64,000 nucleotides of DNA from Akkermansiaceae bacterium (GCA_051251915.1 JBPOGF010000015.1:32001-96000), one strand, 5' to 3'. Shown: positions 40,797 through 51,152, counted from the stretch's first letter. The notes: generated from the sequence alone by a model not told the origin. A program made the numbers and translations.

Positions 40797-41501
40797 TCAG
40801 ATGGTTCCAATAGGCTTCGGACGAGTGACCTCTACAGCACTACCATCCACATAAAAAACACTCCTCGGTTCAGCACCACATTTCTTAATAGCCGCTGCAA
40901 CATCAGCCCCATACAGTTCAGCAAAGTCAAAATTAACTACTAAGTCATCCATATCCCCCATTTTCCAAGCTCTATGAGTCACCTTAAACTCTAGTGTCTT
41001 CACTTCACTCACTCTTTTATAAGCCCAGAAATTATCACCTATAAATGCCTCTTCCGTCCCCGCCTCCCAGTCCTTTAGTCGACTATGGATCATCCCACCG
41101 AGAATATTCCCCTTTCCCCATCGGTAGTGAACACACATCCCATCACGCATAAACTTTACCGGCATTACATGAATGTTTTCCTTAAATACAGTCCGCGCAA
41201 TCCAAGCGGGAAGTCGGTGCGGGATGATTTCCTTGATGAACACCACTCCCCTACGCCACTCATCAGCCACTTTGCGCTTCACATAGATCCGCAGATTAAT
41301 CTCCGGAAAATTACGATAAAAAGGCATGGGCACTCCACACAATCGAGTCTTACTAAACCCAAAAGCCACTACGCTTACCAGAGCCCTCCCATCATATAGA
41401 TCTAGCTCGCACCCCACGGGAACATACTTATCTAAAAATTTAGCATCCACTTCATAATTAGCCATAATCAAATCAGTCCAAATTGTTTGTATAAATTTCA
41501 T
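40797..41501 (-). CDS. DUF2071/YqjF-family protein
   Basis: W.DL.MANY.V, FPEINLR.YV, RRGVVFIKE. Confidence 0.85.
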   Translation of the reverse strand: MKFIQTIWTDLIMANYEVDAKFLDKYVPVGCELDLYDGRALVSVVAFGFSKTRLCGVPMPFYRNFPEINLRIYVKRKVADEWRRGVVFIKEIIPHRLPAWIARTVFKENIHVMPVKFMRDGMCVHYRWGKGNILGGMIHSRLKDWEAGTEEAFIGDNFWAYKRVSEVKTLEFKVTHRAWKMGDMDDLVVNFDFAELYGADVAAAIKKCGAEPRSVFYVDGSAVEVTRPKPIGTI

Positions 41502-41634
41502 CTTTATCTGCTCGTTATTAATTTTCAGTAAATACTGAAAATACCATATTGTCTATACATTTATAAAATTTGCAGAAAAAATGTCACATGATGGCTTTGA
41601 CACTCTAGCAATATCTCTTTATACGCACACGCAC

Positions 41635-43248
41635 ATGACTACTATGACTGCAAAACGCATCCTCGTCTCCGATCCTATTTCTGAAAAAGGAGTAGACGCT
41701 ATCAACGCCCACCCGGACCTAACAGCCGATTTCAAAACAGGCCTAAGCCCTGAAGAACTCATTGCCATCATCGGTGAATACGATGGACTAGTAGTCCGTT
41801 CGCAGACCAAAGTGACACGTGAAGTTCTCGCCGCCGCCACTAAACTCAAAGTCATCGGCAGAGCTGGTGTAGGTGTTGATAACATCGACCGCGACGCTGC
41901 CACAGATCACGGAGTCATTGTAATGAACACTCCTACAGGCAACACCATTTCCACCGCAGAACTCGCGTTCACCCTTATGCTCTCCACTGCGAGAAACATC
42001 GCGCACGGACACAACGGAGTCATCTCAGGCGACTTCCCCGCTGCGCGTAAAGCATTCAAAGGAATCGAACTCAACGAAAAACGCCTTGCCGTAATCGGCA
42101 TGGGCCGCATCGGTTCAGAATTCGCCAAGCGCGCTCAGGCATTCAACATGACTGTTGTCGCCTTCGACCCATTCCTCACACCTGCACGTGCGGAGCAACT
42201 CAAAGTAGAACTCGCTGAGACACCAGCTGCAGCCCTCACAGGAGCAGATGTAGTCACACTCCACGTTCCTCTCACAGATGATACCAAGCACATCCTTAAC
42301 GAAGAGCGCCTCGCCTTAATGAACAAAGGAGCCATCGTCGTCAACTGCGCTCGCGGTGGACTCATCGATGAAGTAGCTCTCAAAGCAGCGATCGACTCTG
42401 GCCACATCGCAGGCTGCGGACTCGATGTCTACGAAGAAGAGCCACCATCAGCAGATCACCCACTCTTCACCCTAGGCAAACACACCGCCTTCACCCCACA
42501 CCTCGGAGCTTCTACAAATGAAGCCCAGGAAAACGTCGGTATCCAGGTAGCTGAGCAAGTCAGAGATTTCCTCTCTACAGGCGAAATCAGAAACGCCATT
42601 AACATGCCATCACTAGATGCAGCCGCACTCTCAGAAGTAGGTCACTACCTCGAACTCGCTTCATCTCTAGGTAAATTCCTAGCCAAGCTCGGACCAGCAA
42701 ACCCAGACTCACTCCGCGTTTCATACCACGGAGACATCGGCCAAAAAGACACCGCTCTCGTTTCACGCACCGTCCTCACAGGCTACCTCGAAGCAGCCCG
42801 CGCTGACGGCCAAGTAAACATCGTCAACGCCACTGCATTCGCCAAAGAAATGGGGCTCAACCTCACAGAGTCTACTATCAACGCAACCACAGACTTCTCA
42901 GAGCTCATCGTAGTTGAACTCGTAAAAGGTGGAGAAAAATTCCGCCTTGCTGGAACAGTCCTCGGAAAATCTGCTCACATTGTTGAGATAGACAAACTAT
43001 TCGTCGACACCAACATCAAAGGTAAATTCCTCTTCGTCCGCAATGACGACTCACCAGGAATCGTCGGCCACGTTGGCTCAGTCTTAGGCAAAAACGGCCT
43101 AAACATCGCCAACTTATCCCTAGCACGCAACAAATCAGAAGGCAATGCCCTCAACGTAATCGAGCTAGACTCAACACCAAGTGCTGAAGTCATCAAAGAA
43201 ATCGAAAGCTTCAAAGGCATCATTTCAGTAAAATCTATCGAAGTTTAA
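41635..43248 (+). CDS. serA: D-3-phosphoglycerate dehydrogenase
   Basis: VRSQTKV, GRAGVGVDNID, GMGRIG, NCARGG, TPHLGAST, ASB and ACT domains; start 41635 or 41644. Confidence 0.97.
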   Translation: MTTMTAKRILVSDPISEKGVDAINAHPDLTADFKTGLSPEELIAIIGEYDGLVVRSQTKVTREVLAAATKLKVIGRAGVGVDNIDRDAATDHGVIVMNTPTGNTISTAELAFTLMLSTARNIAHGHNGVISGDFPAARKAFKGIELNEKRLAVIGMGRIGSEFAKRAQAFNMTVVAFDPFLTPARAEQLKVELAETPAAALTGADVVTLHVPLTDDTKHILNEERLALMNKGAIVVNCARGGLIDEVALKAAIDSGHIAGCGLDVYEEEPPSADHPLFTLGKHTAFTPHLGASTNEAQENVGIQVAEQVRDFLSTGEIRNAINMPSLDAAALSEVGHYLELASSLGKFLAKLGPANPDSLRVSYHGDIGQKDTALVSRTVLTGYLEAARADGQVNIVNATAFAKEMGLNLTESTINATTDFSELIVVELVKGGEKFRLAGTVLGKSAHIVEIDKLFVDTNIKGKFLFVRNDDSPGIVGHVGSVLGKNGLNIANLSLARNKSEGNALNVIELDSTPSAEVIKEIESFKGIISVKSIEV

Positions 43249-43273
43249 AATCACTTCCAAACCGTCTTTATCC

Positions 43274-43305
43274 AAAGCGTAGGTGTTCTTCACCTACGCT
43301 TTTTT
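43274..43305 (+). terminator. Intrinsic terminator after serA
   Basis: AAAGCGTAGGTG/CACCTACGCTTT stem followed by a T-run. Confidence 0.9.
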
Positions 43306-43357
43306 CTTTGTCTAGATCAGCATAGCCCCCTATTTATACTTACAGCTAAAAACTGAT

Positions 43358-44977
43358 ATGCTCAAAAGACTGCTCACATTAATTAGTAATAAGAAGGAAC
43401 AAGCCGACCATAGCCCTCTTGATATGAAAGCGCGGGCTACTACCAAAGTTAAAATGAACCATGGAGTCTTTGAATTCACATCTGAAAACACCAACACCAA
43501 GAAATTACCAAATGATAATCTAGCTCACCACCTTTTAAGATGCACCCTAGCATTCATAAATCACCCTCAAGACTCCCACCTAAACAATCAAGTAGAACAC
43601 GCTTTAATAAACCTAAACTCAAATGAGTGGGTTTCCCTAGATTCCGAATATCGTAAAGCCGCATCAGCATTCATCCGCTGGGAAACCAAAGACTTCTTCC
43701 TCGATAAGCTCAAATCGATCAACTCCATTAATCTCACACAAGTTCTAACAATGTGGCCAAATGGGTATGTAAGAGAAGAAGCCACCAGACTACTCGGACA
43801 AGCTCCATCCGGCCATAACATCCCATTTCTCTTACTAAGACTTAACGACTGGACTGAGCCTGTCTATCTCACGGCAAAAGAATCCCTACTTACGACTCTA
43901 GAGTCTGCACAAAAATCACAAATCATAGAGTATTTACCATTATTAATCAGACTAAAACTGTGCCGCCGACACCTAACTGAAAAATCTTACCAAAATATAG
44001 CACAAGCTTTCAGAGCCCAACTTAGCCAAACCACCCTATTAGCTCAACTCAGTAGCTCACAAGCCAGAGCAGCTGCAGAACTACTTTGGGATTCAAAACC
44101 GTTAACCATTGAGGCTCTGTATGCTCTCTGCAATGCAGCAGATCCTTTCATTAAATTCAAAACACTCAGAGATCATGTTCCCAAACTTGAACCAAAAAGC
44201 CAGGAAGCCCTCCTCCTTTCACTCCCCAGAACTAAATGGACGCCAGCAAAACTAGAACGACTCCGACTACTGCATAACCTCAATTCACCAGCCATTCAAA
44301 ACGAATGGATACAAGGCTTAACTGATGGTAGCTTGTCTGTTAGGCAGCACTGTCGATTCTATTTAAAACGATTATCGTTCACTATCGAGAAACATTACAT
44401 CAACCGATTCCGAAACTCCTCACCAACAGCCCAAAAACACGCCCTTTATGGCCTAGTCGAGATAAGAAGTGACCAAGCCTCCTCCTATCTTAAACAGTGG
44501 CTTGAATCCAATAATCCCATTAGAATAGCTGCGGCCCTCAACCTGATTGATAGCAACCTAGCACAGAAATACCAATCACTCATCGTAGAATCCCTCCAAA
44601 GCCAAATTGCACCACTCCGCAAGGCCGCCTACATTGCAGGACTTCAGCTAAATAAACCTGAATCCTTTGAACCAATAGCCTGGGATAAAACTCTACCAAT
44701 TGAAAATCAACGCTACGCGGCAAAGCTCATCAGAAACTCTGAACTTTGGTATTCGTTGCTACAAATACTCAAGTTGCTACATCATCCAGACCAACTTATT
44801 CGCTCCTCCGCAATACATAGCCTAGAAAAGACAGCTCACAAATTCTCTAATTCATTCACACGACCAAATAAACAGTTAGCAACAAGCATTCTACTACACC
44901 TAGATAAATGCCAGTCGCTCGTATCCACACAGATGGCTAAAACTATAAAGTTTTTCACACAAGATCGGATCTCATAG
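43358..44977 (+). CDS. HEAT/ARM-like repeat hypothetical protein
   Basis: NGYVREEA, IPFLLLRLNDW..PV, LTD.S..VR; helical and Leu-rich. Confidence 0.7.
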   Translation: MLKRLLTLISNKKEQADHSPLDMKARATTKVKMNHGVFEFTSENTNTKKLPNDNLAHHLLRCTLAFINHPQDSHLNNQVEHALINLNSNEWVSLDSEYRKAASAFIRWETKDFFLDKLKSINSINLTQVLTMWPNGYVREEATRLLGQAPSGHNIPFLLLRLNDWTEPVYLTAKESLLTTLESAQKSQIIEYLPLLIRLKLCRRHLTEKSYQNIAQAFRAQLSQTTLLAQLSSSQARAAAELLWDSKPLTIEALYALCNAADPFIKFKTLRDHVPKLEPKSQEALLLSLPRTKWTPAKLERLRLLHNLNSPAIQNEWIQGLTDGSLSVRQHCRFYLKRLSFTIEKHYINRFRNSSPTAQKHALYGLVEIRSDQASSYLKQWLESNNPIRIAAALNLIDSNLAQKYQSLIVESLQSQIAPLRKAAYIAGLQLNKPESFEPIAWDKTLPIENQRYAAKLIRNSELWYSLLQILKLLHHPDQLIRSSAIHSLEKTAHKFSNSFTRPNKQLATSILLHLDKCQSLVSTQMAKTIKFFTQDRIS

Positions 44978-45012
44978 ATTCCGACAAATAGCAAAATTGA
45001 TGTAAAAAAAGA

Positions 45013-45049
45013 TTGCAACTTCGTGGAGAGAAGACTAGATTCCCGCCGC
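45013..45049 (+). promoter_or_regulatory. Sigma70 promoter of tRNA-Val with GC-rich discriminator
   Basis: TTGCAA-17 nt-TAGATT-CCCGCCGC. Confidence 0.7.
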
Positions 45050-45076
45050 GTGACAACAACAACGTCACCGATACGT

Positions 45077-45152
45077 GCAGGATTAGCTCAGTTGGTAGAG
45101 CAGTACCTTGACATGGTAAAGGTCACTGGTTCAAATCCAGTATCTTGCACCA
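45077..45152 (+). tRNA. tRNA-Val (GAC)
   Basis: Cloverleaf: acceptor GCAGGAT/ATCTTGC, D arm GCTC/GAGC, anticodon loop TTGACAT, T loop TTCAAAT, encoded CCA; 76 nt. Confidence 0.97.
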
Positions 45153-45164
45153 TCATTTTCCAAC

Positions 45165-45203
45165 AAAAGAGGCTTACGAGAAATCGTAAGCCTCTTTATT
45201 TTT
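45165..45203 (+). terminator. Intrinsic terminator after tRNA-Val
   Basis: 14-bp stem AAAGAGGCTTACGA/TCGTAAGCCTCTTT with GAAA loop and T-rich tail. Confidence 0.9.
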
Positions 45204-45317
45204 GCCTAACGCATCGATAAATAAAAAGCCAAACCATCATAAACTGACTCATTTTCCTGCTTATTTTAGTGTTTTACACTTCCCTTGTTGGCTAATTGGT
45301 ATTTGACTCCTCACATC

Positions 45318-45611
45318 ATGTCTAAAGATCATATTGATGTAAATTATGTGGCTAATTTAGCCCGACTAAACCTCACTGAAGAAGAATCCACTACGTTCCA
45401 ACGCCAGATCGAAGATATTCTTGGCTATATTGAAAAACTTGAGGAACTCGACATCGATGACATCGAGCCTACCGCACACGCGGCACCTGTATACGACCGC
45501 ATCCGTGAAGATATCACTAAGCCCAGCCTGGAGCGAGAAGCATTCCTCAACATCGCCCCAGATGTCATCAACGATCAACTAAAGGTGCCTAAGGTCATCG
45601 AAGAACTTTAA
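45318..45611 (+). CDS. gatC: Asp/Glu-tRNA amidotransferase subunit C
   Basis: VANLARL, ILGYIEKL.ELD...IEPT, RED, KVPKVI; lies upstream of gatA. Confidence 0.93.
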   Translation: MSKDHIDVNYVANLARLNLTEEESTTFQRQIEDILGYIEKLEELDIDDIEPTAHAAPVYDRIREDITKPSLEREAFLNIAPDVINDQLKVPKVIEEL

Positions 45612-45638
45612 TTTTCATCCCCTACTACATTTACCATC

Positions 45639-47072
45639 ATGAGCCTCGCTTCACTTTCTATTACAGAACTACGCCAGCAACTAACTGCCGGCACCATCAC
45701 TCCAATTCAAATTATCGATGACATCGAGAAAGCTGTCCTAGCCAAAGACCCTGAGATCAAAGCTTACCTAAGCTACGATTTTGATAAAGCTAGGGAAATG
45801 GCAGCCAATGCAGACCTTTCCCTACCCCTCGGCGGGATCCCTATCGGAATCAAGGACAACATCAACACTCTTGGTGAGCCATGCACTTGTGCATCCCAGT
45901 TTCTAGTTGACTCCTACGTAGCTCCCTATGATGCCACAGTCATTACCAAACTCAAAGCAGCTGGAGCCATCCCTCTCGGCAGAATGAACATGGACGAATT
46001 CGCCATGGGTTCAACAACTGGCAACTCATCGATCCAACGCACCAATAACCCACACGACGTAGAACGCGTTCCTGGTGGTTCATCAGGTGGATCTGCAGCA
46101 GCTGTAGCATCTAACACAGCTATCGCGACTCTCGGATCAGACACTGGCGGATCCATCCGTCAGCCTGCATCTCACTGCGGCATCGTTGGCTTAAAGCCAT
46201 CCTACGGTCGGGTTTCCCGCTACGGATTAGTCGCATTTGCCTCTTCATTAGATCAAATTGGCCCTTGTACCAAGACAGTAGCTGATGCCGCCCTCATCCT
46301 GAATGCCATTTGCGGTCCTGATGAAATGGATAGCACTTCACTTCAGATCGATACACCTGACTTCACAGAAGATCTAAATTCAGGTGTTGCAGGTCTCAAA
46401 CTAGGCATCCCAAAAGAATACTTCACCGAGGGGATGGATCCATCTGTTAGAGACGTAGTGAATGCCGCCATAGAAAAACTCAAGTCCGCAGGAGCTGAAA
46501 TCGTAGATATATCACTACCCCATACTGAATACGCCGTTGCCACTTATTACATTATCGCACCAGCTGAAGCATCATCAAACCTCTCAAGATTCGATGGAAT
46601 CCGCTACGGAAACCGCGCTCAGCAATCTGGTAATCTTATCGACCTCTATAAGGATTCACGCTCCGCTGGATTTGGCTCAGAGGTTAAGCGTAGAATCATC
46701 CTAGGAACTTATGCTCTATCATCTGGATACGATCATAAATATTATAACAAGGCGCAAAAAGTAAGAACACTCATCCGCCAAGATTTCACCAATGCATTTG
46801 AACAGGTAGATGCCATCCTCACTCCCGTAGCCCCACATGCTGCTCCTAAGCATGGTGAGAACAGCGACGATCCACTAAAAGAATATTTGGAAGATATCTG
46901 CACCATTGCAGCAAACCTTGCAGGTATCCCAGGGATCTCAGTTCCAGCCGGAACAGTCACCCCAGCAGACCAACCTGAGGTAAAGCTACCTGTTGGATTA
47001 CAGATATTAGGTCCTCACCTAGGCGAGCAAGTTATGCTAAAAGTAGCACAAGAGTTAGAAAACAATTCATAA
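45639..47072 (+). CDS. gatA: Asp/Glu-tRNA amidotransferase subunit A
   Basis: IKDNI, NMDEFAMGS, PGGSSGGSAAAV, GSDTGGSIRQPA, SSNLSRFDGIRYG. Confidence 0.97.
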   Translation: MSLASLSITELRQQLTAGTITPIQIIDDIEKAVLAKDPEIKAYLSYDFDKAREMAANADLSLPLGGIPIGIKDNINTLGEPCTCASQFLVDSYVAPYDATVITKLKAAGAIPLGRMNMDEFAMGSTTGNSSIQRTNNPHDVERVPGGSSGGSAAAVASNTAIATLGSDTGGSIRQPASHCGIVGLKPSYGRVSRYGLVAFASSLDQIGPCTKTVADAALILNAICGPDEMDSTSLQIDTPDFTEDLNSGVAGLKLGIPKEYFTEGMDPSVRDVVNAAIEKLKSAGAEIVDISLPHTEYAVATYYIIAPAEASSNLSRFDGIRYGNRAQQSGNLIDLYKDSRSAGFGSEVKRRIILGTYALSSGYDHKYYNKAQKVRTLIRQDFTNAFEQVDAILTPVAPHAAPKHGENSDDPLKEYLEDICTIAANLAGIPGISVPAGTVTPADQPEVKLPVGLQILGPHLGEQVMLKVAQELENNS

Positions 47073-47170
47073 TGATGATGCAATCCTCTCATTTTTTAAA
47101 ATTCTAACAGTTTTATTTTGACAGCCTAAGTTTTTTTTAGTTTCATGTTAATCTCACCGCGCAATCAACT

Positions 47171-47431
47171 ATGAAATCTAAAAAAAATTTAACTCGCTTT
47201 ACTTACGAGACTACTGCTTTCCAGGGATGGAGACTATGTCTAAGCCGCACAGGAACCACATTCACTAAATATTTTTCTGATAAAAAATACGGTAGCGAGC
47301 GAAAGGCCCTCAAAGTTGCGGAAACTACTAGAAATGAACTTGCTGAACTGCTCGACAACTCACGTAAAGTTAATGGCAAGCTCAGCCAGACCACAACAAA
47401 TAAAGCCAAAAAGCTTCTCAACAACGCTTAA
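47171..47431 (+). CDS. Small basic AP2-like DNA-binding protein
   Basis: GWRL.......KYFSDKKYGSERKALKVA...R matches the AP2/ApiAP2 pattern; followed by its own terminator. Confidence 0.65.
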   Translation: MKSKKNLTRFTYETTAFQGWRLCLSRTGTTFTKYFSDKKYGSERKALKVAETTRNELAELLDNSRKVNGKLSQTTTNKAKKLLNNA

Positions 47432-47489
47432 CTAAAACAAACAACACCCTCCTCAAGACCGTTATTCATTAGTAATTTAATAATTAGAG

Positions 47490-47519
47490 AAACCTCTAGG
47501 TAAACCCTAGAGGTTTTTT
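47490..47519 (+). terminator. Intrinsic terminator (possibly bidirectional)
   Basis: AAACCTCTAGG/CCTAGAGGTTT stem plus T-run between convergent genes. Confidence 0.88.
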
Positions 47520-47537
47520 GTTAGATAAAATAAGTAT

Positions 47538-48521
47538 CTAAACACTTATCATCCCTTTATCTAGCATAAATCGGGTAATTGTATAACTTAAATAGAACAA
47601 TAGCAAGACAGCTCCTTCTAATTTGCTTAACCTGCCTCGACTCCACATCATAGGAGTGATGATTACCAGAATGCCGAGCATTACCCCCAGATCCATCCAG
47701 TTGATATTCGTAGCGGAGAGAGATTTCACCATCGCCGTGATACCAATAACGGCTAAAATATTAAAAATACAAGAACCTACTGCATTCCCTGTGATGATAT
47801 CACCCTGCCCTTTTCTAGCTGCCACGATCGAAGTCGCAAGCTCTGGTAAAGATGTTCCAAAGGCCAATAGTATCAGCCCAATGATAGCTTCAGAAACCCC
47901 GAACTCTACCGCCACAATGGAGCCGTGCTCTACAAGCCATTGTGAACCAAATTTAAGAGCCACCAGGCCGATTGTAATCCATACAAAACTAAGAACCAAA
48001 TCACGCGAACTTGAGTTCTTAGCCTTCTCTATTTCCTCCGCACTGAAATCACCAGAGCTCTCAACCCCTACTTCATCCTTAGATTGCCTTAGACTAGAAA
48101 AAACATAAGCTACAATACCGCCAAATAAGACCCAACCTTCCCATCTAACAACCTGCTTATCAATTAACATGAGTGCAAACACAGTGCTCGCTGCGAGCAA
48201 AATAGGAATCTCTCTCCGGATAATTTGACGGTGAATCACAATCGGCCGTATCAATGCTCCCACACCTAAAATTAACGCAATATTACAAATGTTAGATCCA
48301 ATAATCGTCCCAAATGCTTGATCCGGGCTACCATTGGCATTCGCTTGCAAGCAAACTAGTAACTCAGGAGCACTCGTACCAAAGGCCACCACAGTTAGGC
48401 CAACTACAAGTGGAGACACTCCGAATTTCAGTGAAATTTCAGATGCTCCTCTCACAAGATACTCTGCTCCATAAAAAAGCGCCACGAAGCCGGCTAGAAT
48501 GTATAAATAATGATCAACCAT
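47538..48521 (-). CDS. Ca2+/Na+ antiporter (CaCA, YrbG-like)
   Basis: Alpha-repeats GTSAPE / GSN and GTSLPE / GN..GS; start could be 48560. Confidence 0.92.
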   Translation of the reverse strand: MVDHYLYILAGFVALFYGAEYLVRGASEISLKFGVSPLVVGLTVVAFGTSAPELLVCLQANANGSPDQAFGTIIGSNICNIALILGVGALIRPIVIHRQIIRREIPILLAASTVFALMLIDKQVVRWEGWVLFGGIVAYVFSSLRQSKDEVGVESSGDFSAEEIEKAKNSSSRDLVLSFVWITIGLVALKFGSQWLVEHGSIVAVEFGVSEAIIGLILLAFGTSLPELATSIVAARKGQGDIITGNAVGSCIFNILAVIGITAMVKSLSATNINWMDLGVMLGILVIITPMMWSRGRLSKLEGAVLLLFYLSYTITRFMLDKGMISV

Positions 48522-48674
48522 TTCTCGATGAATTTGTTTAGTCATCAAGTAATGCACCACCGTCTATATAGCGACTATATTTTCAATCAGAATGTTTTTT
48601 TTGACCAAACCATTCTTTAAACTAGCGCATCAACGATTTAGCGATTATCCTTTGCAGGAACAACAACCACACCA

Positions 48675-49040
48675 ATGATTACACTCACAGACAATGCAGC
48701 TAAAGAGCTTAAAAGCATCATCCTGAAACATACAGATAGCCAAAATGCGGGACTAAGACTCTCAGTTTCCAAAGGTGGCTGTGCAGGAATGCAATACGTC
48801 ATGCAGGTGGAACCATCTCAAGAAGGCGACCAACTTATCGTGAAGGATGGAGCGCGTGTTTATCTCGCACCTGACAGCTTCGAGTATTTAAAAGGATGTG
48901 AAGTCTACTACGAATACGGACTTACTGATTCAGGCTTCAAAATCCGTAACCCTAATGCTGCACGTTCTTGCGGATGTGGCACATCTTTTGAAGCTGTCGG
49001 AGAAGAAGGAACTTATGATCCTACTGACGACTGCAAGTAA
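48675..49040 (+). CDS. A-type Fe-S cluster carrier (IscA/ErpA/HesB family)
   Basis: GGCAGMQY, NPNAARSCGCGTSF. Confidence 0.95.
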   Translation: MITLTDNAAKELKSIILKHTDSQNAGLRLSVSKGGCAGMQYVMQVEPSQEGDQLIVKDGARVYLAPDSFEYLKGCEVYYEYGLTDSGFKIRNPNAARSCGCGTSFEAVGEEGTYDPTDDCK

Positions 49041-49068
49041 TACCACCTCATAAACCCTCCGCTTTATT

Positions 49069-49830
49069 TTGCAAAAAAAACAAGATACTTGGATCACTCG
49101 ACTAGTGGAGCGCAATCCTCCATTCTTCTGGTGGTCACTAGCTATCATGCTGTGCTTTTGTCTCGCTGCTTTTAGCTGGATGAAAATCCCACCCATTTTC
49201 GCGAATCCTCAAGACCCCAATAATTACAAACTGTTGGATAAAATCAACCGGTTGGACCCCATCAAAGCATTCAGCGCGCTTGATCCACCTGAAGGCGATA
49301 TCGCTAACACAGAGAACCTCTATTCTAAGTTCGGCTCCCTCAATGCAAAAGAACTTGAGTTATTGAATGAAAACCTCATCAAAAACTACGTCACTAATTA
49401 CAAACAACAAACTCTGAACACTTATATCCAAGGTGATTTCAGAGTGATCAAGACCCGTGTTCTTACCCAGAATGATCGATTCCAAAATGGGATAGCCATC
49501 AAGGTCGAAGCCATGGTCAAAATGAATAAATTCACCAACTCACAAGCATTCCCTGTTTGGGTAGAGATTATCCTCCCAAATGCTCCAGCAAGCGCCGCAG
49601 AGAATATAGCTCAAGGTGATCTGTTAGAGATTAACAAGAACCCATTTTTCGCCTCGGTGCTCTATGTTCAGCGGATTGAACGAACGGATAATGATCACAT
49701 TATGAGTTTCACAGTCATCCCTCTTGTTTATGAATCCCCGTGGAACCCACCCCGTGATAAAGAGAAATTTAATATTTCCCCACCTAAGAAACTCAACATG
49801 GACGCCCACTTGCCCATCTTTAAACTCTAA
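49069..49830 (+). CDS. Hypothetical membrane-anchored protein
   Basis: 253-aa ORF with an N-terminal TM and a TTG start; fills the gap between two same-strand genes. Confidence 0.7.
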   Translation: MQKKQDTWITRLVERNPPFFWWSLAIMLCFCLAAFSWMKIPPIFANPQDPNNYKLLDKINRLDPIKAFSALDPPEGDIANTENLYSKFGSLNAKELELLNENLIKNYVTNYKQQTLNTYIQGDFRVIKTRVLTQNDRFQNGIAIKVEAMVKMNKFTNSQAFPVWVEIILPNAPASAAENIAQGDLLEINKNPFFASVLYVQRIERTDNDHIMSFTVIPLVYESPWNPPRDKEKFNISPPKKLNMDAHLPIFKL

Positions 49831-49842
49831 CATTTTTTAATT

Positions 49843-50601
49843 ATGAAACTCATCTCATGGAATGTGAACGGCATCAGAGCTGTTCTTAAAAAAGGCTTTG
49901 CGGAATGGTTCGCAGAAGAAAAACCTGATGTACTTTGCCTTCAGGAGACTAAAGCAAAACCTGAACAAGTAGAACTCCCCCTTGAATTTGCCGGTTACCA
50001 CCAGTACTGGAACTCAGCAGTAAAGCCAGGCTACTCAGGCACTCTTATCCTCACCAAAGAAAAACCACTTAACGTGGTTAATGGTATTGGCATCGATGAG
50101 CACGACAACGAAGGTCGAGTCATCACAGCAGAATATCCAGATTATTTCCTCGTTACAGTCTACACCCCAAATGCGCAAAACGGTCTAGCTAGGCTTGATT
50201 ACCGCTTAAGTTGGGACAGAGACTTCCTTGCATTCGTCAAGGACTTAGAGAAGTCTAAACCAGTGATATTCTGTGGTGACCTCAACGTAGCTCACCAAGA
50301 AATTGACCTAGCCAGACCTAAAGGCAACCACAAGAACCCTGGATTTTCACCACAAGAACGTGCGTCATTTGATAATATTATCGCCTCTGAATTCACTGAT
50401 ACATTCCGTCATTTCTCCCCTGACACAACCGAGGCATACAGCTGGTGGAGCTACCGTGCTGGTGCCCGTGTCAGAAATGTAGGATGGCGGATTGATTACT
50501 TCTGCGTTTCTAACAGCCTCACACCCTCACTAAATAAAGCGTGGATACTTCCAGAAGTAATGGGGTCCGACCACTGCCCTGTAGCCATAGAAATAAACTA
50601 A
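49843..50601 (+). CDS. xth: Exodeoxyribonuclease III / AP endonuclease
   Basis: SWNVNG, CLQETK, EGR, YTPN, GDLNVAH, GWRIDY, SDHCP. Confidence 0.96.
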   Translation: MKLISWNVNGIRAVLKKGFAEWFAEEKPDVLCLQETKAKPEQVELPLEFAGYHQYWNSAVKPGYSGTLILTKEKPLNVVNGIGIDEHDNEGRVITAEYPDYFLVTVYTPNAQNGLARLDYRLSWDRDFLAFVKDLEKSKPVIFCGDLNVAHQEIDLARPKGNHKNPGFSPQERASFDNIIASEFTDTFRHFSPDTTEAYSWWSYRAGARVRNVGWRIDYFCVSNSLTPSLNKAWILPEVMGSDHCPVAIEIN

Positions 50602-50615
50602 CACTCTCATTTATT

Positions 50616-51152
50616 ATGCCTAAGATTCCTGAAGAATTTCACTCCCTTGAAACTGACGAAACATTCAAGAAGTGTTGCGACTGTGGTTGCGAACTATTGG
50701 ACTCTGCACAAATGTACATGGTTCAAAAGTGCTTTACTAAAGACGAGTGCGTGATGGAGTTCGCCCTCTGTCACACCTGCAAAGAAAAGCTAGATGAACA
50801 GATCTCTGGCCAATCAAAAGAAGCGATCTATGATTTCCTATTCGACCATGCTGAAATGGTGGAACCACCAGAAGACTATTCGCATGATGATGCCATGGAG
50901 CAGATCGAAGAATGTCTGACTTGTGGAAAAAAACGTAATGATTGTGATGGCTACACCTACTCAGGATTATTTGTAGGCACACACCTCATACCCGGACCAT
51001 TGCCCATGATGATCTGTGATGACTGCCAAGACACAATGTCTGAAAACATGTCTGATCACACCAGAGATGTGAAAGATAAATTCTACGCAGAAAACTTCCC
51101 AGGCCCACCCAGCGAGGTGAAACTACCAAATTCTAAACCGGTATTCTTCTAG
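50616..51152 (+). CDS. Cys-rich acidic hypothetical protein (two putative zinc fingers)
   Basis: Four CxxC motifs in two similar halves; start taken as MPKIP. Confidence 0.7.
   Translation: MPKIPEEFHSLETDETFKKCCDCGCELLDSAQMYMVQKCFTKDECVMEFALCHTCKEKLDEQISGQSKEAIYDFLFDHAEMVEPPEDYSHDDAMEQIEECLTCGKKRNDCDGYTYSGLFVGTHLIPGPLPMMICDDCQDTMSENMSDHTRDVKDKFYAENFPGPPSEVKLPNSKPVFF

Noticed and set aside
45103..45119. G-A mismatch at the top of the tRNA-Val anticodon stem as a sign of a pseudo-tRNA
   Set aside because: Non-canonical 27-43 pairs are tolerated; the rest of the cloverleaf, CCA, promoter and terminator are intact
43358..45203. Possible tRNA-anchored genomic island
   Set aside because: The orphan gene is on the tRNA 5' side; no integrase and no duplicated tRNA 3' end seen
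45023..45220. 65-aa ORF in the ORF track
   Set aside because: It overlaps the tRNA-Val gene, promoter and terminator; spurious
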